Assembly (NCBI RefSeq): GCF_963921235.1
Contig: NC_086101.1
Coordinates: 7,070,001-7,134,000 of the forward strand
Length of the DNA stretch: 64,000 nucleotides
Source of the DNA: Mobula hypostoma
Taxonomy: Eukaryota
Direction: 5' to 3'
This document shows, in pieces, positions 38,784 to 49,800 of the stretch (its first letter is position 1; each line of letters begins with the position of its first letter). The translations under genes and the position numbers were made by a program. A model generated the notes under the pieces. That model was given only the letters and a program-made list of their open reading frames with translations. It did not search any database and was not told the DNA's origin.

Positions 38784-38879
38784 CCGAACTCCAGAAATCT
38801 TTTCTTTCTGTTGTTGCTCCATTTCCACAAAATCAGATTTCTTTTTTGTGAGAGAGTCTAAGGAAGATTTAACCCGATC
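38784..38879 (-). CDS. TRIM gene exon 2 (96 bp)
   Basis: cccAG|GATCGG...GTTCGG|GTgagt; DRVKSSLDSLTKKKSDFVEMEQQQKEKISGVR. Confidence 0.9.
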
Positions 38880-38957
38880 CTGGGAATCAGAGAGTGAAGA
38901 TATTAGACCAAAATATGCAACTAGGTAAACAGCTGATCAAAACCTGGTTACTTTTAC

Positions 38958-39368
38958 TTTGTAGATTTCAACGGCTTCGTTAACCGGCATGAAGTGGTGA
39001 GACTTGTGTTCCAGTGCATCTCTACAGATCAGGCAGATCAGTGTCTTGTCCGTCTCACAGAACAGCTTCAGTTCTTCCTCATGTTTCTCGCAGTGAAGTT
39101 TACTTTCCTTCTCTTTCGGATTCAGGCTTAGTTTTCGAGCTTTCTCAGACAGATTTGCTAAAACCCGATTGACCCTGAGGGTGCGGTCTGCAAACTGCTC
39201 TCTACATTCTGGGCAGGAGTTTCTCTCCTCCCTTTCCCAATACCGTGTGATGCAGAAGCGGCAGAAGTTGTGTCCGCAGTCCAGTATAACCGGATCGGTG
39301 AAGAATTCCAGGCAGATGGAACAAATTACCTCCTCGGTTAAACTCTCGACCTGTCCTTTCAAAGCCAT
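38958..39368 (-). CDS. TRIM gene coding exon 1: RING plus B-box2 (TRIM39/TRIM69/RFP-like)
   Basis: MALKGQVESLTEEVICSICLEFFTDPVILDCGHNFCRFCI...CPEC; CEKHEEELKLFCETD...CLICRDALEH; donor AAA|GTaaaa. Confidence 0.94.
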
Positions 39369-41283
39369 GTTAACTCTCGGGACTTCCTGGTTCCGGAACC
39401 ATTCACCTTCGGGGAGCTGCTGAACGCCTGCTGTACCGCGATTGTCCACTAGGGGCGCTGCAGTCTCGGGAATGAATGTTCCTTTTCAGTGAGCAGGAAT
39501 CGTGTTCATTTCCACAGCAAGGATCAGAAACGCATTAAACAGCTGTTTTTAAACAGAAACACATTAAGGCCAGAGAGAAGGGCTTGGTTCAGTCTACGGC
39601 AGAACTGAAGGGGCAAGTCCTGAAAAGAGAGACAAAATGGACAGTAAATACAGGAATCTGGACTGAAAATGGCTGCAGTAACTCAGCGGATCAGACAGCA
39701 TTTGTGGAGAAATATAGACAGAAGATACTCCAGGTTGAGACAGTCCGGATGAAGGTCCTCGAACTGAGATGTCGATTGTCTATTTAACTCCTCTGGTATT
39801 TTAAGTGTGTTGCTCTGCAATCTCCACGTCACTGAGTCTGACAGTCTTCATCAGGCAGCTTCCACAGCAGCAGCTCGAGGGACAGAGGGACTGGGGGTTG
39901 GGTTGTGGGTGTGGGGACCAGTCTCCCACTAAAATATGGTTCAGATGGAACAGCAGAGAAAGAACCTACCAGACAGCAGTGGTTAGTTTCGGGAACAAGT
40001 CAATTTATTCAGACCCTGTTACAGTGAACATCGGGCAACACATCGAGTGTCATCGCAAAGATACTCCACTGAGTTAATGATCTTACGGGTTCCTGCTATA
40101 CAATGGTGACATGTGGATTTCACAAAAAATGATCAGGAATCTATATTTCTCTGTAGTATTTGATCTTTAATTATTTCTCTGTGGTCTCTCTCTATCTCAC
40201 TGACAACCAATTCCCAATGCTGTCTGTAATACATTGTTTTCATTTCTGACCCTGTTTTTCTGCCGTGACTCTCCTTATCTGATGATAAACTCTCCTGCCC
40301 TGGTCTGCAATCCAACCTCCACCTGTTTACCTTTGATCCAGTGAGCTTCACCTTGCTGACTGAACACATCCACAGTCTAATCACTGTACTGACTGTCATA
40401 TCGTCACCTCTCAGTGACCTTCTCCCTTCGTCTAATTAATTTTAACCATAATTTCCCAGATTGTAAGGAACCTAGTTTAAACATTTTATAAGCTTTCCAA
40501 TTTGTCTTAGATTCCTGAGATCCCTTCCTCAGATATCACTGCCTGACACTGCGTGATGTGATTGTCACTTGCCACCTATCAGCCCAGGCCTGGATATTGC
40601 CCAGGTCTTACTGCATTTGTGTTGTGGGCTGCTTCATTATCTGAGGAGTGGTAGATGGTGCTGAACATTGTGTCGTCATCAGTGACCATCCCGACCTCTG
40701 ACTTTACGATGGACAGAAGGTCGTTGATGAAGCAGCTGAGGGTGTTTGGGCCGAGGACTCTGTCCTGGGGAGTGCCTGTAGAGATGTCCTGTGGCTGAGA
40801 TGATCAACTCCAAACACCACAGCCATCTTCTTTGATTCTCACTGAATACCCCATTATTCCTTCACTTGATATATTTATTTTATAATTCTTAGTGATGTTA
40901 TGTCTGTGCACTGCACTACTGCTGCAAAGCAACACATTTCACATCAGATATAACAGATATAATAAACCCGATTCTGATTCTCTTTCCGCAGATCAGTCAG
41001 GCCCAGTGACCCGTCTAATCCGAGCTCTCCCAATCATGTGTGTAAACCCTCCCAACACCTCAGTTTATCCATCAGATCACACACACCTCTAAACACAACG
41101 GTGAGATATTACAGAAGGCAGGACCCTCAAGTCAGGCCGGGGCTCCTGCAGGGTGCAATGTTTCATCGTCCCTCTGTAAACAAGAGACATTTGGCCTGCC
41201 GGCCTCCGTGCTGATGTTCCTGTTTCCGGTGAGCTCAGTGACATTGAGTCATTCAGCACGGAAACTGCTGCTGGAAGATCATT

Positions 41284-44200
41284 TTTATTTATATTTCAAA
41301 ATATACTTTATTCAAAAATAAATATATACAATAAACCATTCAATAACTTTTCATCCTTTACATACGTTTGCATTATACACAGTACATATCCGTATTTATA
41401 GCCACCCACGTGGCACTCCAGTAGTTCAGCTTACCATATCATTGTTGAGGGGTATACTCCCTGCCCCCCGACCCCTCCCACTCCCGTGGGTGGAGAAACC
41501 TATACTGTGGTCCTTCCCCACCGGGCCCTTGCGGTGGCTGCACCGAGTTTCAGTGCGTCCCTCAGCACGTACTCCTGCAGCCGAGAATGTGCCAGTCGGC
41601 AGCATTCTCCCACGGACATCTCCATGTGCTGGTAGATCATCAAGTTTCGGGCCGACCAAACAGCGTCTTTCACCGAGTTGATGATCTGCTGGCAGCACCG
41701 GATGTTGGTCTCCGTGTGTGTCCCCCGGGAACAGCCCGCAGATCAGAGAGTCCTCTGTTACGCAGCTGCTGGGGATGAAACATGACACTAGCCCGTCCAT
41801 CCTCCTCCACACCCTCTTTGCGAACTTTGCGAACAAAGAGGTGGGTCACAGACTCCTCCTCACTGCAGTCCTCCCGTGGGCAGTGGGGTGCGGAGCCGAC
41901 GTTCCGGGCGTACAGGAGGGCTCTGACTGGGAGGGCCCCTCTCACCGCCAGCCAGGCGAGGTCTTGTTGCCTGTTGGTGAGATCTGGCGATGAGGCATTT
42001 TGCCAGATGAACTGGACAGTTTGCTCAGGGAACCACACCACTGTATCCATCACGTCCTTCTCCTGCAGTGTCTGCAGGACATTACGTGCCGACCAGTGCC
42101 TGATGGCCCTGTGGTCAAAGGCGTTCTCCTGGAAGAACTTTGCAACGTAGGACAGGTATGCCGGCAACGACCAGCTGACTGGGGCGTTGCGCGGGAGTGG
42201 GGGCAGACCCATCCTTCGTAGCCAGGGCGATAGGTAGAACCTGGGCACATAGTGGTACTTGGTGCCCACATACCTGGGTTCTACACACAACCTGATGCAG
42301 CCACATACGAAGCTGGCCATCAAGGTGAGGGCGACATTGGGGACGTTCTTGCCCCCGTTGTCCAGGGACATGTGCATGACGGTCCGTCTCACCCGCTCCA
42401 TCTTGGATCCCCAGACGAATCTGAAGACAGCTAGGGTGATTTCCGAGCTGTAGGAGCGGGGGACGGGCCAGACCTGCGCCAAGTACAGCAGCCCTGAGAG
42501 CACCTCACACCTGATGACCAGGTTCTTGCCCGTTATCGACAGGGAGCGCCCTCCCCACAGTCCCAGTTTCTGTTTCACCTTAGCAGTCCGCTCCTGCCAG
42601 TTCTTGTTGCACGCCTCAGCCCCTCCGAACCAGATCCCCAACACCTTCACGTGGTCAGACCTGATGGTGATCGATCGGTCGGGCCAGTTGCCGAAGAGCA
42701 TGGCTTCGCTCTTCGTGCGGTTGACCCCGGCCCCCGACGCTAGCTCGAACTGTTCTCAGGTGCCAATCAACCTGCGAACTGACATCGGATCAGAGCAGAA
42801 GACGGTGACGTCGTCCATGTACAGGGAGGTTTTCACTTGGGTCCCTCCACTGCCTGGCAGCGTCACCCCTCTTATGCCCTCATCCCTCCTGATGGCTTCC
42901 GCAAACGGTTCTATGCAGCAGACAAACAAGACAGGGGAAAGGAGACAGCCCTGCCTGACTCCAGACCTGATGAGGAAGCTGTCTGTTTCGCACCCGTTAA
43001 CCTGGACTGCACTACGGATGTCTGTGTAGAGCAGTCTAATCCAATTCCGGATTCCTTCCCCAAATCCCATTTTGGAGAGCACGTCCGCCATGTACGTGTG
43101 CGATATCCTGTCGAGGGCTTTCTTCTGGTGAAAGCTGACCAGGCAGGCGTCCACCCCCCTGTCCTGCACGTAGGCGATGGTGTCCCTCAGCAGCGCGAGG
43201 CTGTCTGAGATCTTCCTGCCCGGTACAGCACAGGTTTGGTCCGGGTGGATCACATGTCCCAGAGCAGACTTGACCCTGTTGGCGATAGCCTTGGACAGGA
43301 TCTTGTAATCCACATTCAGGAGAGAGATGGGTCTCCAATTTCTAATGTCCTCCCTTTCCCCCTTCTGCATGTAGATGAGGGTGATGATGCCCTTCCTCAT
43401 GGACTCAGACATACTGCCGGCCAGAAGCATAGCGTTGTACACTTCCAGCAGGTCTGGGCCCATCCAGTTCCACAGAGCCGAGTACAACTTAGCCGGTAAG
43501 CCGTCGCTTCCGGGAGTCTTACCCGACCCAAAGGAACGGATGGAGCCTGTCAGCTCGTCCAGGGTCAGTGGCTGATCCAGACTCTCCCGCTTGCCGTCGT
43601 CTAAGACCTGTGTGATAGACGACAGGAAGTTGCGGGAGGCTGTGGATTCTGTGGCCTTTTCGTCGTACAGACCGGCATAGAAGGACTTGCAGATCCTCAG
43701 TATGTCGGTCTGCGAGGACGCGACTGAGCCGTCCTCTTCCTTAAGGTTGTGGATCACAGAGCTCCCCCTGTGCACCTTTTGGAAGAAGAAGCGTGAGCAC
43801 CTCTCGTCCTGCTCCACGGTTTGGACCCTTCATCGGAAGATGATCTTGGAGGATTCAGCGGCGAGGTGCTGGGCTTGCCGGCCCTTCACCTCTCGCAATT
43901 CCTCCCTGACATCCACCCCCTTCGACTGCAGAAGGAGAAGTTGCTGCAACTCTGTCTGGAGTTTACGCAGTTCCCTCTGCTCCTGCCTTGCCTTCTGGAT
44001 ACCCTTGAGGATGAAGAACCTCTTAATGTGCTCCTTGGTTGCTTCCTACCAGTGAACCGGGGAATCAAAGAAGGCTTTCAAGGTTCTCCAACCTGTGTAC
44101 TCCCTCTCCAGTTCCTCGGTGTTCTCTGGGGTCAGCAGCTTTACGTTCAGCTTCCACGTCTCCCTGCCTGCCTTCCGGTCCTCCCGTAGGTGACAGGTGG

Positions 44201-44518
44201 CTCTCAGAAGGCAGTGGTCAGAGAAGAACACCGGCGTGACGTCGGTGGACCTGACCGTGAGGGACTCAGACAGGAAGAGGAAGTCGATCCGGGAGCGGGC
44301 TGAGCCGTCCGATCGTGTCCAGGTGACTTGTTGCTGTGCTCCACCTGTGGGGGTGCCAAAGGCGTCGCGCAGCTTGGCTGTCTTCACTTTTTCCATCAGG
44401 AGTCTAGAGGTACTGTCCAGCCTGCCGTCAGCGCTACCGGGTCCTCCAGCCGCATCAATGATGCAGTTGAAGTCTCCGGCCAGAGCGACCGGCTGGGACG
44501 TCACCAGCAGCTGTGGGA
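41284..44518 (-). mobile_element. Tx1-clade LINE, 5'-truncated within the APE domain (3'UTR type B), several stops and frameshifts, 17-bp TSD
   Basis: LAGDFNCI, SRIDF, FSDH (APE); PGSDGLP, NWRPISLLNVDYKI, YMDD (RT); TSD GCTGCTGGAA(G/A)ATCATT at 41267-41283 and 44519-44535. Confidence 0.93.
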
Positions 44519-44787
44519 GCTGCTGGAAAATCATTAATTCAGTGAGAGACGTCCACCCGAAACCTGGTGGTCTCCCAGCACAGCGAGATGTCCGTCAGGG
44601 AATACTGCCAACATTGAAAAGTTGCATCCCCTCTGAGAAAACTTGAGCAGCAATGGTTTAAAGCATGTGAGCATGACCGACTGGATTGACCAAATGGCAC
44701 TCAGAATGTAAGATATTTTTTCACTCCGTGTTTAGTATTTTGTATATATATTTTATTATGAATGAAAGGCACATTTGAAATGCAAAA
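44519..44787 (+). mobile_element. Older plus-strand Tx1 3' remnant that hosts the 41284-44518 insertion
   Basis: CWKIINSVRD matches Tx1 CWQIINSVKD; cccgaaacctggtggtctcccagcacagcgagatgtcc matches the ORF2 end; AT-rich tail. Confidence 0.7.
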
Positions 44788-45824
44788 CGCAGCTCAGATA
44801 CAGGCCGAATCTCATCAACCGTTATCCACACTCTTACACTAATCCTACACTGCAGATCCCACATTGGTCTCATCAGTCACCTCAGTTCTGGAGTGGAAAT
44901 GAGTCATCCTCAACTCCGGGAGACACTGGAGAAGGTGCATTTCCCTGTGTAAGGAAAGAGTTAATTGTGATTCCTCCTTGGCACATGCCAAAATAAAATG
45001 GAAGTTCAAAGACACAATGGTGTCAGGTTGAAATGTGGTAACGTTTTGTTTTCCCACGTATTGACCAACGCCTTGTCCCTTTTGATTGCACGTCATGAAG
45101 ATGAAATACCGATGAAGAATGTTTTCCTCCTTACAGACCCGTTGTCTCCTTCTTCCTAAATTCTGTGTCTGGGATGAAGGTCGTAAGAGATAAGAAAGTT
45201 CAGCTGCAACCACCCAACTAAGGAAAGTACTGGGGTGATAATTATGTTATGCTTTGATGGAATAATGGTATAAATGGTATAAAAAGGGGCATTTTCTTTG
45301 TGCAGTGGGAGAGTTTTGTCTGAAGCAAGGTCACCACCGGTGTTAGTGCTGGGATTTAGAGAAGATATACGAGGGGATGAGGACTAGTGATGGGGAGCTG
45401 TAAGAAAAATTGTCGGATCTGTGATGTCCTTCTGACACTGCAGAGATCGTCTCAGTGAATGATTACTGCACCTATTGCTTCCTCTGGGGTTTGTGAACAT
45501 TTAGCACAACATCTAAAACCTTGACAAACTTATACAGGTGTATGGTGGTGAGCATATTGACTGGCTGCATCACAGTCTGGTATGGAATCACCAATACCCC
45601 AGCATTGAGCACATCGACACAGACCATTGTTGCAGGAAAGCAGCACACCCACCGCCCAGCTCATGCTTTCTTCTCACTGCTGCTATCAGGACTCACATGA
45701 TCTGGTTCAGATAACTTCAAATTCACTCGCCCCATCACTGAACTGTTCCCACAACCTATGGACTCACTTTCAAGTACACCTCATCTCATGTTCTTGATAT
45801 TTATTGCTTGTTTATTTATTTATG

Positions 45825-46694
45825 TGTAAGGGGTTTCTTCTGTTCTGTTACTGCGTAGGCTAATCAAAATAGCTTCTTTGTTATGCAAACAACAGGAATT
45901 CTGCAGATGCTGGAAATTCAAGCAACATACATCAAAGTTGCTGGTGAACGCAGCAGGCCAAGCAGCATCTATAGGAAGAGGCGCAGTCGACGTTTCAGGC
46001 CGAGACCCTTCGTCAGGACTAACTGAAAGAAGAGTGAGTAAGGGATTTGAAAGCTGGAGGAGGAGGGGGAGATGCAAAGCTTCTTTGTTATGTTAACTGC
46101 TGAAAAAGTTCTCTCACTAGCAGCTTGTTTGGGTTATAGAGAGAGTTGTATTCAGTTGCTAACCAGTTGGGGTAGATGTTATTGTTCCTTGTGTGTCTGT
46201 AAGCGATTGTGATGCGCGGGTTTTTGGGCAGGAGGCGCGATGGGGAGAGAGAGTGGACGCGATGCTGTGAGCTGGCCGACGGGACGGACTCCGAGGTCCA
46301 GGGTCTTCGGCGAGGAGAGGAGACGAAGACAGACTCGTGTGGAGTATCTGCTCGACCACTGTGGTTGGTCCCAGGCGGCGGGTCGAGGTGGTCGGAGGGG
46401 ATCGAATGGTGTAAAGATGACCCCGTTACTAGAGCGTCAACTGTTGTGCACGAAGAGGTTGAACTTTGATAAGTTTGGCGCATTTACTTTCCTTTTACAT
46501 TTTATCTCTATTAATTACATAGTTTCAGTAAGATCTATAAACTGTAATCATTTAATCATATGTGGTGTATTGTCTGTTATTGGGGGGGGGTACAATCACA
46601 CAGCATCCACACAAACTTAATTACCCAGTTTGTCGGGGCCGAAAGCTGCTCCCCCTAGACGACAGCGAGCCCGAGACTTACCAGGGGAGCTACA
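45825..46694 (+). mobile_element. Solo LTR containing a Penelope-type terminal fragment (45886-46077)
   Basis: TGTAAG...CTACA termini; inner insert flanked by the 15-bp duplication AGCTTCTTTGTTATG (45871-45885, 46078-46092). Confidence 0.65.
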
Positions 46695-46899
46695 CTTACA
46701 TCAAGTAGAGTGGGTTAAGAAGTCGGCACAGCACAACATCGGGAGCTAAAGGAGCTGTTGGTTTTACATTGACGGCCGTAGGCTGCCGGCAGCAACTTGA
46801 TTGTTCAGTCCTCTGTCCTGCCCCGGCCCATTTAGAAGGTTAATCGTCCCTGTGGCTTCCACAGAACCTTGCGATTTTCAGCCCATGACTTCATCCTTG

Positions 46900-47520
46900 C
46901 ATGTCAAGTTTCAGATGATGGAACTGATAGCTTTGTTGAAAAGTCTGCAGACGATAGGTGGAGAGGCAGGTAGTCTTGATGAAGCCGACAGGCTACAGAA
47001 GGACCTGGACAGATCAGGATAATGGGCAAAGAAATGACAGTTTCAGGAAGTGCTTTAGTAGATGAAATGGAGGGGGTGACTATTTTCTAAATGGAGAGAA
47101 ATACAAAAAACGAGGTGCAAAGGGACTTAGGAGTCCCTGTGAAATTCCCTAAAGGTTAGTTTGCCGGTTGAGTCTGTGGTGAGGAAGACAAATGCGATGT
47201 TAGTATTTATTTTTTCAAGAGGATGAGAATATAAAAGCAAGGATGTAAAGCAGTGGTGAGGCCTCGCTTGGAGTATTGTGAGCAGTTTTGTGCCCCTTAT
47301 CTTAGAAAGGATGTGCTGAAACTGGGGAGGGTTCAGAGGAGGTTCATGAAAATGATCCCAGGGTTAAAGGGCTTGTCATTTGAAGACAGTTTGATAGCTC
47401 TGGGCCTGTATTCTCTGGAATTCAGAAGAATGAGGCTGACCTCACCGAAACATCGAATGGTGACAGAGAGGATATGGAGAGAATGATTCCACTGCTGGGA
47501 GTGTCTAAGACCAGAGGACA
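46900..47520 (+). mobile_element. Degenerate CR1 fragment
   Basis: LQKDLDR and VRPRLEYCEQF motifs. Confidence 0.8.
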
Positions 47521-47524
47521 CCGC

Positions 47525-47690
47525 CGCACAGACAAACCCCGGGACCACCACCGTGACCGCCTTCGATAGCTCCTGAGGCGAGGCAGGCCGCGCTCCTGGA
47601 GGAAGGTCACGTCGGCCTTCACAGTGTTCAAGTACCGAAGTGCGCTGACGAAACGCCCAGTACTCCTCATACTGCGAACGTTTAACCTCA
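47525..47690 (-). mobile_element. Tx1 ORF2 N-terminal (APE) fragment
   Basis: LNVRSMRSTGRFVSALRYLNTVKADVTFLQE is an APE N-terminus; DNA similar to 48535-48570. Confidence 0.7.
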
Positions 47691-47777
47691 TTCTGGTGTT
47701 CTTTCATAGCCGTCTGACCTCTCCGGTCATCATCCTGTAAGTGTAAACACAATAATTCTGATAGTCATATTAGAGAT

Positions 47778-47902
47778 CAGGGGAGAGCGCGAAAGCAGTC
47801 TTCCACTACCACAAATTTTGCAGTCGAGTATCCCGCATTTGGGGACACCGCGGGCCTCAGCACACCCGAAGTGCAATGGGATAGCCTCATCCTGGGAGAA
47901 CC
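47778..47902 (-). pseudogene. RNU1: U1 snRNA nt 40-164, 5' end interrupted by Tx1
   Basis: 125 nt colinear with U1; Sm site AATTTGTGG and U1A loop ATTGCAC intact; same breakpoint as 11263-11387. Confidence 0.95.
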
Positions 47903-48138
47903 TTTTTTTTATTTCAAAATATACTTTATTCAACAATAAATATACACAATAAACCATTTCAATAACTTCCCATCTTTTACATACATTTCCATTAAGTCAG
48001 TAGATTATCCATATTTATGGCCACCCACGTCGCACTCTAGTAACTCATTTTTCCACATCATTGTTGAGGGGGAATACTCTCCACCACCCGACCCCTCACA
48101 CTCCCGCGGATGAAGAAACACGATACCGTGGTCCTTCC
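47903..48138 (-). mobile_element. Short Tx1 3' end (type B) inserted at U1 nt 39/40
   Basis: Poly(T) plus 3'UTR alignable to 41284-41520, ending in the last ORF2 codons. Confidence 0.88.
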
Positions 48139-48150
48139 AGGTAAGAACAG

Positions 48151-49158
48151 TTTTTTTTTCAAATAAAGTTATTTACATATAAGAAAAACATTCGTTGACT
48201 CTGAGTCCTTATTCAATAAAGTTATTTACAATAAAATTATGCGTTGACTCTCTGTTCATATACAAATGAAAGATGTTTACAATAAACCATTCATTTACTC
48301 TCAACCCTTGGTCAAGAGTTAAGACTTATTAACAATGAAATTATCAACAATAAAGCCAGGTGTTGGCTCTAATGCTTTCCTAAATTAACCATTCCCAACA
48401 ACAATTTCACCCACTCCTGGGGCACCATGTTGATTATCTGTCTACACCGCTGATGGGGGTTAGTCTCCTCCCCACCCGACCCCTCACACTCCCACGGGTG
48501 ATGAACCTTAAACTGTGCCCCCTCCCCGCCCGCTACGCCTGGTACTCTTCACTCTGCGAACGTTTAAGGACGCCAGCTCAAGGTCCACCACCCTTTATAA
48601 ATCCTCGTCCTCTTTGCCATCCAGAGGCCTCATACCCATAGTCCTGGTGAAGTCATCCACCAGCTGAGGGTTCAGGTACTGCTGGTACTTCCCGCCGGGG
48701 GGGGGGGGCACCACCGATTCGGCACCAAAAGGAACCTCCGCGGCCGCCCCTCCATCTGGCTGCAGACCACCCGAAGTATTACTGCTCCCGGATTCCCGGA
48801 GCTGAGAGACTCTGCTGATCCTCCCATCCTGCGGCTGGGGGGTGGCTAGCAGACCTTCACTCTTCCCCTGACTCTCGTCCGCCCGATTAACCCGCCTCTT
48901 CCTCTGTCGGGTTTTCTGGCCACCCCCACCGCCCTCCTCCTCCGAGGAAGACAGGTGCTCAGAGGACGAGTGATGTTCGACCTCTCTTTTTTTAGAGCTC
49001 TCCAATTTCTCTGCCCTTTGTCTTTTTGGCGGCATCTTTAGGGTCTTTTTTCGTTTCGTGACCACCCTCCAGTTTTCCTCTTCCCCCTCGGCCCTCCCCT
49101 CTTCCATTGACTCCTCCTCATCAAGCGGGGGGTCTTGGGCGTTCATCCTGGGAGGACC
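48151..49158 (-). mobile_element. Internally deleted Tx1 derivative: ORF1 C-terminus, ~26-codon ORF2 relic, type A 3'UTR
   Basis: Putative ORF1 stop at 48595, then VDLELASLNVRRVKSTRRSGRGGGTV* (stop 48508), then a UTR alignable to 11400-11770. Confidence 0.8.
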
Positions 49159-49299
49159 TTTTTTTAAAATTTCAAAATATACTTTATTCAGCAATAAATA
49201 TACACAATAAACCATTTCAATAACGTCCTATCTTTTACATACATTTCCATTAAGTCAGTACATTATCCATATTTATGGCCACCCACGTGCCACTCTAGT
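49159..49299 (-). mobile_element. Short Tx1 3' end (type B) inserted in a U1-like motif within the putative Tx1 ORF1
   Basis: UTR nearly identical to 47903-48040; flank TCATCCTGGGAGGACC. Confidence 0.85.
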
Positions 49300-49358
49300 T
49301 GTTCTAAAATCTGCAGACAAATCATCACAGTCACCACATTGTCAACACCGTCCATGTT

Positions 49359-49800
49359 AGACCATAAGACCATAAGATATAGGGGCAGAAGTAGGCCATT
49401 TGGCCCATTGAGTCTGTTCCGCCATTCAATCATGGGCTGATCAAATTCTTCCAGTCGTCCCCACTCCCCTGTTTTCACCCCATACCCTTTAATGCCCTGG
49501 CTAATCAAGAACCTATCGATCTCTGCCTTAAATGCACCCAATGACTTGGCCTCCACAGCCGCTAGTGGCAACAAATTCCACAGATTTAACACCCTCTGAC
49601 GGAAGTTATTTCTCCACATCTCAGTTCTAAAAGGATTTCCTTCAATACTGAAAGCATGCCCTCTTGTCCGAGAATCCCCTACCATGGAAATAACTCTGCC
49701 ATATCTAATCTGTTCAAGCCTTTTAACATTCAGAACGTTTCTATGATATACCCCCCCCCCCCCGTCCTCCTGAATGCCAGGGAATACAGCCCAAGAGCTC
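49359..49800 (-). mobile_element. CR1 3' end
   Basis: GDSRTRGHAFSIEG motif; (ACCATAAG)n tail; similar to 3100-3515. Confidence 0.85.

Noticed and set aside
39445..39460. CTCF-like CCACTAGGGGCGC upstream of the TRIM start
   Set aside because: One base short of the core spacing
49159..49215. N-terminus MVYCVYLLLNKVYFEI shared by ORFs 48595-49215 and 47730-47957
   Set aside because: Translation of the Tx1 3'UTR and poly(A), not a conserved peptide
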